From NCBI GenBank assembly GCA_947502595.1, contig CANNAM010000008.1:37473-101472 (forward strand): 64,000 nucleotides of DNA, read 5' to 3'. The notes under the pieces were generated by a model. It made no database searches, was not told the origin of the DNA, and worked only from the letters and a program-made list of their open reading frames with translations. Position 1 is the stretch's first letter, and each line of letters starts with the position of its first letter. The position numbers and the translations under genes are program-made. Positions 43,862 through 52,178 of the stretch are shown here, in pieces. Source of the stretch: an uncultured Marinicella sp. (GTDB taxonomy: Bacteria > Pseudomonadota > Gammaproteobacteria > Xanthomonadales > Marinicellaceae).

Positions 43862-44815
43862 ATGTTCGATCGTGGTATTAGGTTGTTTTCTGGCAACGCC
43901 AACCCCGCATTGGGCCAAAAAATTGCTGATAATTTAGGCGTTCCTCTTGGTCGTGCAAAAGTGGGCCGATTCAGTGACGGCGAAGTTGCGGTAGAAATCA
44001 GAGACAATGTCAGGGGCCAAGATATTTTCTTGATACAGCCCACATGCAGTCCCACTGCAGATAACTTCATGGAGTTATTGGTGATGGTTGATGCATTAAA
44101 ACGTGCTTCTGCCAGAACAGTTACCGCAGTCATCCCTTATTTTGGCTATGCCAGACAAGACCGTCGGCCACGTTCCTCGCGGGTACCAATCACTGCAAAA
44201 GTAGCGGCTAAAATGATAGCTGCTGTGGGCGTAGATCGGGTATTAACTGTGGATTTACATGCTGACCAGATACAGGGTTTTTTCGATATTCCTGTAGATA
44301 ATGTGTATGCTTCTCCACTGACCTTGGCAGACATGTGGCAACGTTTTGATAGCAAGGATGTAACCATTGTTTCGCCAGACATTGGTGGGGTTGTTAGAGC
44401 CAGAGCCATTGCCAAACGATTGGGTTGTGAATTGGCAATCATTGATAAGAGAAGGCCAAAGCCTAACATGGCAAAAGTGATGAATATCATTGGTGAAGTC
44501 GACAGTAAAATTTGTATTTTGGTTGACGATATGATTGATACAGCAGGCACATTGTGTGCCGCCTCAACAGCATTAAAAGAGTGGAATGCCAAAGCAGTCC
44601 ACGCATATTGCGTACACCCAGTATTGTCTGGTGATGCGATAAAAAACATTGAAAATTCAGGCTTAACTGAACTGGTGGTGACTGACACCATCCCATTGCG
44701 CCAAGAAGCCCTGGATTGTAAAAAAATTCGTCAATTGTCTGTCGCAGAAATGTTGGGAGAGACCATTAGACGCATAGCCAACAGAGAATCTGTTAGCTCT
44801 ATGTATATCGATTGA
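43862..44815 (+). CDS. prs: Ribose-phosphate pyrophosphokinase
   Basis: 317 aa. [25 protein letters not shown] and DDMIDTAGT motifs. Confidence 0.97.
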   Translation: MFDRGIRLFSGNANPALGQKIADNLGVPLGRAKVGRFSDGEVAVEIRDNVRGQDIFLIQPTCSPTADNFMELLVMVDALKRASARTVTAVIPYFGYARQDRRPRSSRVPITAKVAAKMIAAVGVDRVLTVDLHADQIQGFFDIPVDNVYASPLTLADMWQRFDSKDVTIVSPDIGGVVRARAIAKRLGCELAIIDKRRPKPNMAKVMNIIGEVDSKICILVDDMIDTAGTLCAASTALKEWNAKAVHAYCVHPVLSGDAIKNIENSGLTELVVTDTIPLRQEALDCKKIRQLSVAEMLGETIRRIANRESVSSMYID

Positions 44816-44885
44816 TAGGTTTATATCTAGATCGATTAATTATGTCCTGGTCGCAAGGACATTTAACTGAAAATAGGAAATTATT

Positions 44886-45560
44886 ATGGCAATTTTTAAA
44901 GTAGAAGCCCAATTACGTGAAGATGTAGGGAAAGGTGCGAGCCGCCGCTTACGTCACGAAGGCTTGGTTCCGGTTGTATTGTACGGTGGTGAGAGAGATC
45001 CTGTGACCCTGTCATTGAACCATAACAAAGTTTTACGTTTGACTGAAGATGAAGGCTTTTTCTCAAGCATTATCGAGTTTTCTGCCGATGGTGGTAAAAA
45101 GCAAAAAGTGGTGATTAAGGATGTACAAAGGCATCCTGCTAAACCAGTTATTATGCACATGGATTTTATGCGCGTAAATGAAAACCGCGAAATCATGATG
45201 CTTATACCGTTACATTTTATCGGTGGTGAAGAATCTCCAGCTGGTAAGTCAACCCGTGTCATGATTGACTACCAAATCAATGAAGTTGAAATCACTTGTT
45301 TCCCAAGAGATTTACCTGAATTCATTGAAGTGGATATTTCAGACTTCAGTGCTGGTGATATTTTCTACTTAAGTGATTTAAAAGTCCCTGAAGGCGTTAC
45401 CTTAACTGCATTCACTCATGGTGATGACGAAGCACATGACGATGTTATCGTTGCAACTTCTGCCATCAGTCAAGTTGAAGAAGACGTTGATGGTGAAGAA
45501 GCACCAGCTGCAGATCAAGTTGAGTCTATTGAGCAATCAAAAGACGATTCCGCTGAGTAA
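44886..45560 (+). CDS. rplY: 50S ribosomal protein L25 / general stress protein Ctc
   Basis: ASRRLRHEGLVPVVLYG N-terminus. Long Ctc form with an acidic tail. Confidence 0.93.
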   Translation: MAIFKVEAQLREDVGKGASRRLRHEGLVPVVLYGGERDPVTLSLNHNKVLRLTEDEGFFSSIIEFSADGGKKQKVVIKDVQRHPAKPVIMHMDFMRVNENREIMMLIPLHFIGGEESPAGKSTRVMIDYQINEVEITCFPRDLPEFIEVDISDFSAGDIFYLSDLKVPEGVTLTAFTHGDDEAHDDVIVATSAISQVEEDVDGEEAPAADQVESIEQSKDDSAE

Positions 45561-45573
45561 CAGCTAAAATTGT

Positions 45574-45614
45574 TTGAAGGGAAGTGAGTTATTTGCTTCC
45601 CTTCAAATTTTAAT
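45574..45614 (+). terminator. Rho-independent terminator or attenuator after rplY
   Basis: Perfect 11-bp stem TTGAAGGGAAG/CTTCCCTTCAA followed by ATTTTAAT. Confidence 0.7.
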
Positions 45615-45626
45615 CTTAAATTCAAT

Positions 45627-46190
45627 ATGCAAGTAATTTTTGGCTTAGGTAATCCAGGCGATAAGTACTTAGCAACCCGGCACAATGCAGGATTTTGGTA
45701 TGTAGATGCCTTGGCTGCTGCTTATGATTGCCAATTCAAAACTGAAAAAAAATTCAAAGCACAGATTGCGACATTGACGCTGATGGGGCAAAAACTGTGG
45801 TTGGTTAAACCACAAACCTTTATGAATTGTTCAGGTCAAAGTGTGATTCCATTGATGAACTTTTACCGCATACCAGCGGAAGACATATTGGTGGCTTACG
45901 ATGAGCTGGATATCCCTGCCGGTACTGCAAAGTTGAAACGTGGTGGTGGGCATGGCGGACACAATGGATTGCGAGACATCATTCCAGGCATTGGCCCTGA
46001 CTTTAAACGCTTACGAATAGGTATTGGACACCCGGGTGACAAGTCAAAAGTGACGCCATGGGTTTTAGGTAGGCCATCAATTGACGATCAGATATCGATA
46101 GCAAGGTGTATCGACAAATGCGTCGCTGAAACAGCAAACCTGATCAAAGGTGATTGGGATCGTGCAATGAAAAATATTCACACTGTTTGA
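45627..46190 (+). CDS. pth: Peptidyl-tRNA hydrolase
   Basis: GLGNPG..Y..TRHNAGF and GGHGGHNGLRD motifs. Confidence 0.96.
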   Translation: MQVIFGLGNPGDKYLATRHNAGFWYVDALAAAYDCQFKTEKKFKAQIATLTLMGQKLWLVKPQTFMNCSGQSVIPLMNFYRIPAEDILVAYDELDIPAGTAKLKRGGGHGGHNGLRDIIPGIGPDFKRLRIGIGHPGDKSKVTPWVLGRPSIDDQISIARCIDKCVAETANLIKGDWDRAMKNIHTV

Positions 46191-47272
46191 TTCAAAAAGT
46201 CACCAACTAACTGCGAAAAGACCACTTGGTCGACCAAAAAAGCATCATGACCCTGTATAGAATTGGTTACTGTCAGTTGGCTATTACATGCTATACCTAA
46301 TAGTAACTGATGTAATTTTTGCTGCAACTCAACTGGAAACAATAAATCTGTTTTGGTGCCCACCACCAAAGCTGAATCAAGCGTTATGCCTTGAAGCGGA
46401 TTAATGTCTTTAGATTTGGCATAGCGGTAGCCATCAAACCAGTCCATGGCCCGAGATAAATATAAATAGCTGATTGGATCGAATTTATGGATGAATTGGT
46501 TGGCGTGATGTTCCAAATAACTTTCTACCGGAAATTCAATACCAAAGGGATGTTCGGGAACTTGTTTTAATGACCTGGGAAACCGTTCACTCCATTCAGC
46601 TGCAGAGCGATAACTAAGCATTCCAATTTTTCTGGCAAATTTCATGCCTTCCTCAGGCCAGCTCGCTGCAGAATAGTGACCATGATTAAAATTTTCATCT
46701 TTTAAAATGGCCTCTCTTTGTAGCGATCTGATGGCGGTACTGAATGGAGGGGATGCCATACCCGATGCCAAATGAACCAAATGGCGTGCGTAATCAGGGT
46801 GGTTGAGTAGCAGTGCCAAAGCTGACATGCCCCCCATTGAAGGACCAATTACAGCATGCAACTGATCAATCCCTAGGTGTTTGCAGAGCAGTACCGATGA
46901 ATTGGCGATGTCCTCAAGGGTTAAATCAGGAAAGTCAAAGCGGTAGGGTTTACCTGTTTTAGGGTGAGGTGAACAAGGCCCAGTGGAACCTTTGCAGCTA
47001 CCCAAAGAGCTGGCACAAACCACAAACCAACGATTGGTGTCTATGGCCAAACCTGGTCCTATCATGTATTCCCACCAGCCTGCAGTGTCTTGGGGCGAAT
47101 GTCTGGCTGCATGTGAGTCTGTAGATAGACCAGTTAAAACCAGTAAGCCATTGGACTTGTCGTCATTCAGCTTGCCCCAAGTTTCATAAGCCAACAACCC
47201 TTGTTCAAGTTGCCCGCCGCGATGAAACTTAAAGTTATTTGGAATATCAAATAGTTTGAGATAATTGGCCAT
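46178..47272 (-). CDS. metX: Homoserine O-acyltransferase-like alpha/beta hydrolase (MetX family)
   Basis: 364 aa with nucleophile elbow GPSMGGM and MetX-like N-terminal FxLxxG..L pattern. 13-nt convergent overlap with pth. Confidence 0.7.
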   Translation of the reverse strand: MANYLKLFDIPNNFKFHRGGQLEQGLLAYETWGKLNDDKSNGLLVLTGLSTDSHAARHSPQDTAGWWEYMIGPGLAIDTNRWFVVCASSLGSCKGSTGPCSPHPKTGKPYRFDFPDLTLEDIANSSVLLCKHLGIDQLHAVIGPSMGGMSALALLLNHPDYARHLVHLASGMASPPFSTAIRSLQREAILKDENFNHGHYSAASWPEEGMKFARKIGMLSYRSAAEWSERFPRSLKQVPEHPFGIEFPVESYLEHHANQFIHKFDPISYLYLSRAMDWFDGYRYAKSKDINPLQGITLDSALVVGTKTDLLFPVELQQKLHQLLLGIACNSQLTVTNSIQGHDAFLVDQVVFSQLVGDFLNQTV

Positions 47273-47280
47273 ACTGTCCC

Positions 47281-47315
47281 CAAAAACAAACGGCCATGTT
47301 AATAACAGGCCGTTT
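47281..47315 (-). terminator. Rho-independent terminator after the GntR-ABC operon
   Basis: AAACGGCC...GGCCGTTT hairpin. T-rich runs on both sides, so it may act bidirectionally. Confidence 0.65.
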
Positions 47316-47374
47316 TTATAATTGATTCATTGTATCAAAGTGGTTATGTGATAAAAAGATTCTTTAGGTTAGAT

Positions 47375-48325
47375 TTAAGTGGCATTTCTGAATCGCCTTA
47401 CATATATTGCAATGGCTACCATTATGGCAGCAAACACCAGCCCATAATAAATATTCGCAGATGTAAGACCATTCAACATTGATTTAATCAGCTCAAGTTT
47501 GGTTTGATTGCTGGCATCGAAATCAATATTCTCGAAATCAAACCCCAGTCCAGAAGTAAAAGGCGTGGTGGCTTTCGCCAGCAAAATGCCGACAGTTTTA
47601 AACACCCCAATTTTAAATACATTGAATTCAAATATAGCGTTGTACCAATACCAGACAAAACCAACCATCATCGGCACAAATACCGCCAACAGGAATGGTC
47701 TGCGTTTGGAAAATGAAGAGGCAAACAACAACCACCCATAAACTGGCATCGCCCACATGGCTTGTACAAAACAGCCAATAGCAAAGGCGCCCCAATTGCT
47801 GATAAAATCAATATTACTCCACAGGATAACAAATGGGTTCACGCCATTGATGAGTAACAATAGGCTCAGTACAATGAAAAAAGCCAAGTGACTGAGGATA
47901 ACGCAAGCAGTAAATACCACTGGCACCACCACGGTTGCTGTTATTAACTTGGACAGCACGGTTTGGGTATCAGATATTGGTAATGACTTCCAAAACAGTA
48001 TGCTGCCGTCCTTGCGGTCATCATATAGGCTGCCAAGTAAAAAGAAGAATACAATGATAAACAACACCAAATGATAGATAGATTCAGTGGTAAGCATGAA
48101 TACATCAATCACAGTAGATATTTTTTCAGAATCAATACCTTGTAGCGCTTGACCGCCCAGTTCAATGGCTTGGCCATTACTCATGACCTGGTCGAAGCGT
48201 TCTGTAGTCAGGTAGCCCAACAACAGCACCACAATGGTTACAGCACCAATAATTAATGGTGTTTTGAGAAAAGCGCCACGGTGCTCCCAATACTCTCTTT
48301 GTAACAAAGCTACGAATGTTTTCAT
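47375..48325 (-). CDS. Polytopic membrane protein, putative ABC-2-type permease
   Basis: 316 aa with about 6 TM helices. 4-nt overlap with the upstream ATPase gene. Confidence 0.65.
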   Translation of the reverse strand: MKTFVALLQREYWEHRGAFLKTPLIIGAVTIVVLLLGYLTTERFDQVMSNGQAIELGGQALQGIDSEKISTVIDVFMLTTESIYHLVLFIIVFFFLLGSLYDDRKDGSILFWKSLPISDTQTVLSKLITATVVVPVVFTACVILSHLAFFIVLSLLLLINGVNPFVILWSNIDFISNWGAFAIGCFVQAMWAMPVYGWLLFASSFSKRRPFLLAVFVPMMVGFVWYWYNAIFEFNVFKIGVFKTVGILLAKATTPFTSGLGFDFENIDFDASNQTKLELIKSMLNGLTSANIYYGLVFAAIMVAIAIYVRRFRNAT

Positions 48326-49182
48326 GCTGACTCCCCTTCTTGCATCAACGCCACAAACAAATCGGAAACCGAAGGCCTCTGAACCTCTCCCAATGTTTCT
48401 ATCACGTCTCGCGAAGTGGAATGAAACAACATGATGTATTTACCAAACACCTTGCGCATGGTCAATGGATTATAGGTCATGGCTTGTTCATAATTTTCTT
48501 GGTTGACCATAACCTCAAAATAAGATTCATTCAATTCATCCATGTTGGCATTAAGGACAATTTCTCCTTCTCGAATAAATAACACATCAGTTAAGATGTG
48601 CTCAATTTCCTCTACTTGGTGGGTGGTGATGATGATGGTTCTTTCATTGTCAAAGTAATCATTGAGTAAATTATCATAAAACCGTTTGCGAAATAAAATA
48701 TCCAAGCCCAAAGTAGGCTCATCTAATACCAAAAGCTTGGCATCGATTGACATAACGATGGCCAAATGTAACTGTGCAGTCATGCCTTTGGAAAGTTCTT
48801 TGATTTTATGGCTTAATTTGATTTTGGTTTTACTTAAGAATTGTTTGGCTTGTTCGATGGAGAAGTTGGGATGGGTGTTTTCGGTGAAGGTCAACAGTTG
48901 AGATACTTTGATCCACTTGGGTAAAACCGCCACATCAGCTATAAAGCATATTTCCTTCATCAAATCTGCACGACGTTTATAAGGGTCAATGCCCAGGACT
49001 TTCAACTCACCTTCGCATGAATCCAGGCCAAGCACAGATTTCAGTAAGGTTGTTTTACCAGCGCCATTAGGACCAATTAAGCCCACAATTTTGCCTTTAT
49101 TGATGTTGATATTGACATCTTTTAAAGCCTGAAAGCTGCCATACTTTTTATACACGTTTTGTGCTGTTAGTACATAACTCAT
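48322..49182 (-). CDS. ABC transporter ATP-binding protein
   Basis: Walker A GPNGAGKTT, signature LSKGMTAQL, Walker B LLVLDEPTLGLD. Confidence 0.9.
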   Translation of the reverse strand: MSYVLTAQNVYKKYGSFQALKDVNININKGKIVGLIGPNGAGKTTLLKSVLGLDSCEGELKVLGIDPYKRRADLMKEICFIADVAVLPKWIKVSQLLTFTENTHPNFSIEQAKQFLSKTKIKLSHKIKELSKGMTAQLHLAIVMSIDAKLLVLDEPTLGLDILFRKRFYDNLLNDYFDNERTIIITTHQVEEIEHILTDVLFIREGEIVLNANMDELNESYFEVMVNQENYEQAMTYNPLTMRKVFGKYIMLFHSTSRDVIETLGEVQRPSVSDLFVALMQEGESA

Positions 49183-49550
49183 TGATTTCTCCCAATTACT
49201 TTTAACGAGCTGATTAATTTTTCTGTGTCTAGTTTCAAGTGTTGTATTTTAGTCAGTATTTTAGGCCAGTCTTCGTTGATGAATAGTTCGCTTTCATTTT
49301 TCTGTACTGTCTTAAGGGCGCCTTGTTGCACGAACATGCCTAAACCTCTTTTTTTCTCAACTAACTGTTCATCTACCAATAATTGATAAGATTTTGAGAC
49401 AGTAATGGGGTTGACCTTGTAGTCTATTGCAACTTGCCTGACTGATGGCAGGGCTTCACCTTCAGGAATATCGCCTGACAGAATCATGTCCCTGATTTGA
49501 TCCTTAAGCTGTAAATAAATGGGCTCTTTGTCATTCCAATTAAAGCCCAT
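49179..49550 (-). CDS. GntR-family transcriptional regulator, YtrA subfamily (short form)
   Basis: 123 aa. Winged-helix PSVRQVAIDYKVNPITVSKSYQLL with a short C-terminal extension. Confidence 0.85.
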   Translation of the reverse strand: MGFNWNDKEPIYLQLKDQIRDMILSGDIPEGEALPSVRQVAIDYKVNPITVSKSYQLLVDEQLVEKKRGLGMFVQQGALKTVQKNESELFINEDWPKILTKIQHLKLDTEKLISSLKVIGRNQ

Positions 49551-49551
49551 G

Positions 49552-49755
49552 TTATTTAACCACCTTGGGCAAAAATGTACTGTTAATTTGGTGCATGGTT
49601 ATGGCATTGTTTGGTATTTCATCTGTAACATTAAGTTCAGGTATTTTTGTTACAGTCAGAACACTGGGTGTCATGGCATAGCCCAATGCCACTGAAGACA
49701 ACAATGATATAAAGAACAAGGCAATAACCATAATATTTATTTTAAATTGTTTCAT
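49552..49755 (-). CDS. Small membrane or exported protein, first gene of the GntR-ABC operon
   Basis: 67 aa with one N-terminal hydrophobic helix. AGGTG Shine-Dalgarno 7 nt upstream. Stops 1 nt before the GntR start. Confidence 0.45.
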   Translation of the reverse strand: MKQFKINIMVIALFFISLLSSVALGYAMTPSVLTVTKIPELNVTDEIPNNAITMHQINSTFLPKVVK

Positions 49756-49757
49756 AG

Positions 49758-49782
49758 TACACCTGTATTTCGCTTAGGTGTA
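49758..49782. promoter_or_regulatory. Inverted repeat, candidate GntR/YtrA operator
   Basis: TACACCT-N11-AGGTGTA lies between the predicted -10 box and the start codon of the small ORF. Confidence 0.3.
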
Positions 49783-49784
49783 TT

Positions 49785-49814
49785 ACTATACTACAACACT
49801 ACCAATATAGTCAA
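49785..49814 (-). promoter_or_regulatory. Candidate sigma-70 promoter of the GntR-ABC operon
   Basis: Minus strand reads TTGACT-N18-TATAGT, about 30 nt upstream of the ATG at 49755. Confidence 0.45.
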
Positions 49815-49861
49815 GTAGGTCAAAAGTCATGTTCGATTACATGCCAACTCCATTCGCAGGT

Positions 49862-50317
49862 TTACCGATAAGCAGCAAGGCTGCCTGGAACTTTATATAA
49901 AACGCCCTTTTTCAGTACCTGTTCTTTACGAAAATTCTCAGAAAACAAAAAACAATCTAATACATAAGGTAATTCCTTGTTAAGTTTTCCGCTCTCCGAC
50001 AAAGCAGTTGTATTGATGCTTATATCAGTGGTTTCGGTGGCGAATGTAGTTAAGTCTGGTAATGGTGTTTGCTGTATCTTTAATGGCGCTAAGTCTTGAA
50101 TCGCTAATTGACAGCTTAATTTATTGTCTTTTCTGCTGATTTGGTGACGATGTGAGACGCGCAGTTTCAGGGTGTTTTGCGCTACATCTAAAACCACAAT
50201 CTCAACCAATGGAGGTAAATTTTGAATGTCTTTGCGGGTTACTGAAGAGCTGCAGTTGGCTAAAATTATTAAACCGCTGATTAAGGTAATTGATAAATAT
50301 GTATGTCTTTTGTTCAT
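49862..50317 (-). CDS. Hypothetical lipoprotein
   Basis: Lipobox ILANC. 151 aa. ATGA overlap with the upstream peptide-ABC permease gene. Confidence 0.55.
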   Translation of the reverse strand: MNKRHTYLSITLISGLIILANCSSSVTRKDIQNLPPLVEIVVLDVAQNTLKLRVSHRHQISRKDNKLSCQLAIQDLAPLKIQQTPLPDLTTFATETTDISINTTALSESGKLNKELPYVLDCFLFSENFRKEQVLKKGVLYKVPGSLAAYR

Positions 50318-51204
50318 GATAAAGTTTGAGTTTTAGGGTCTAATGCATCTTGCAGTGCATCAGAAAAAAAGTTGAAGCCGATCACCAGTATAAACAATAA
50401 AATAGAAGCAGCCAGAAAATTATTAAAATAGCCTGCCTGGAAGTCATTGGTGGATTCAGCAATCATTAACCCCCAGCTGATGCCGCTTTTAACCCCCAGA
50501 CCTAAAAAACTTAATATCACTTCGGTTTTAATAGCAGCTACAAACACCAAGGTGGCTTGAATGATGATCAAGTGATTGGTGTTGGGGATGATGTGGTGAA
50601 TCAGTATTCGCAGTTGGCTTAAACCCATTGCTCGTGCTGCTTCAACAAAATCAGCTTGTTTTAAACTGATGACTTCAGCCCTAATGATGCGAGCAATGTT
50701 GGTCCAAAATACCGCTACCATGGCAATGTGCATGGCAAAAATATGTGCTTGCATGGCGTAGGCAATGGCTGCCACAAACAAATAAAATGGAATTGAATCC
50801 AGCACGCCCATCAACCATAAAATAATGGCATCTTGCCATTTATGTTGGAAGAATCCTGCCAAAGCGCCTAATAGTACGCCCAGTAAAGTGGCACAAATGG
50901 TCACCACTGTGCCCACTTCAAATGCCACTTTTGTGGCATAAATACTGCGTACAGCAACATCTTGTCCAATCGCATTGGTGCCAAACCAATGTTGCCAAGA
51001 AGGCGGGTGATTGAACTGGTTTGAAATGCTGCTCCATGAGGTGCCCCAGATGCCTAACCAAACGCCCACTGCGATGGTGAAATAAATAAGTAGCACCAGC
51101 ATCCCAAACAAGCCCAGTTTATCTTGTTTAAGGTGCTGCCAAGACTTACGCCACAGGGTGTAGTTGGGGGGATTGGTCGGTTGCTGACGAAGTGTTGAGT
51201 TCAT
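50314..51204 (-). CDS. Peptide/nickel ABC transporter permease (DppC/OppC-like)
   Basis: 296 aa, about 6 TM helices, EAA-loop-like FVEAARAMGLSQLRILIHHIIPN. Confidence 0.88.
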   Translation of the reverse strand: MNSTLRQQPTNPPNYTLWRKSWQHLKQDKLGLFGMLVLLIYFTIAVGVWLGIWGTSWSSISNQFNHPPSWQHWFGTNAIGQDVAVRSIYATKVAFEVGTVVTICATLLGVLLGALAGFFQHKWQDAIILWLMGVLDSIPFYLFVAAIAYAMQAHIFAMHIAMVAVFWTNIARIIRAEVISLKQADFVEAARAMGLSQLRILIHHIIPNTNHLIIIQATLVFVAAIKTEVILSFLGLGVKSGISWGLMIAESTNDFQAGYFNNFLAASILLFILVIGFNFFSDALQDALDPKTQTLS

Positions 51205-52178
51205 ATTGGTTGCTGTGCAATGCGCGGATCAACCCAACGGTATAGAAGTTCAGCCAACAACAAAACCACGATAAACAATACCGCTGTCAATCCTACGATG
51301 GCTTTTAAAATGGGTTGATCACCTGCAGTAATGGCATCAAAAGTAATCAGACCTATGCCCGGAATTCCAAAGTAACTCTCTATCAATAAAGAGCCACTGA
51401 TAACCAGCAATGGAATAGAAAATAGGATTCGGGTGATGATGGGTATCAGGGCATTTTTAAGCATGTACTTATAATAGATATGCCGCTGATGATGACCAAA
51501 AGCTTTGGCAGTAACGATGTAATTCTTATTCAATTGCTCAACCAATACAGCACGATAAAAACGTGTGTTGTAACCCACTGAAACAAATACCATGGCAGCA
51601 GTTGGTACTGTGACATAGTTCCAGTATGCCACCCAACTGAAGTTGCCATGTTGGTCATAAACATGCCATCCACGCACCGGAAACCAGTCCAGGCCATGAC
51701 TGGATGAAAAAATCATTTGAAAACCAATGATTACAATTAAAAATGAAATACTCATGCCAATAACAGCAGCTGTCATGATGCTTTTGTCTTGCCACCGACC
51801 ACGGTGCTTGGCTGCTTGCATGGCTAAAAATAAAGCCAATACATTGCCCAGGATGAAACCTGGTAACAGCAGTTGCAAAGACACTGGAATGGCGGTAACA
51901 AGCATGCCTGCAACAGGCTGATCATTAACCATGGAATAGCCAAAATCAAGGTGCAGCAATTCGGATAAATAATTGAGGTAACGTTGCCAAAATGGTTGGT
52001 CATAACCGAGCACCAATCGCACTTGTTGAATGTCTTCAGCAGTGGGATTTTTGCCTAGCAATTCATAAGTTAAATCTGGGCCAAAGTAAACCATCAGCAC
52101 GAAAGATATCAGGGTGACACCAAATACCAATGGAATACCGCCGAGTAATTTTTGACCGGCAAAAACCCAATTATTCAT
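51201..52178 (-). CDS. Peptide/nickel ABC transporter permease (DppB/OppB-like)
   Basis: 325 aa with YIVTAKAFGHHQRHIYYKYMLKNALIPI EAA-loop. Confidence 0.88.
   Translation of the reverse strand: MNNWVFAGQKLLGGIPLVFGVTLISFVLMVYFGPDLTYELLGKNPTAEDIQQVRLVLGYDQPFWQRYLNYLSELLHLDFGYSMVNDQPVAGMLVTAIPVSLQLLLPGFILGNVLALFLAMQAAKHRGRWQDKSIMTAAVIGMSISFLIVIIGFQMIFSSSHGLDWFPVRGWHVYDQHGNFSWVAYWNYVTVPTAAMVFVSVGYNTRFYRAVLVEQLNKNYIVTAKAFGHHQRHIYYKYMLKNALIPIITRILFSIPLLVISGSLLIESYFGIPGIGLITFDAITAGDQPILKAIVGLTAVLFIVVLLLAELLYRWVDPRIAQQPI

Noticed and set aside
43700-44133. Minus-strand ORFs of 72 and 92 aa overlapping tRNA-Gln and the prs start.
   Set aside because: They run antisense through a well-folded tRNA and a highly conserved prs N-terminus, and have no motifs. 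Treated as spurious.
44816-44885. A short hairpin, ATGTCCT-N7-AGGACAT, between prs and rplY as a terminator.
   Set aside because: The stem is only 7 bp and no T-tract follows. Not supportable as a terminator.
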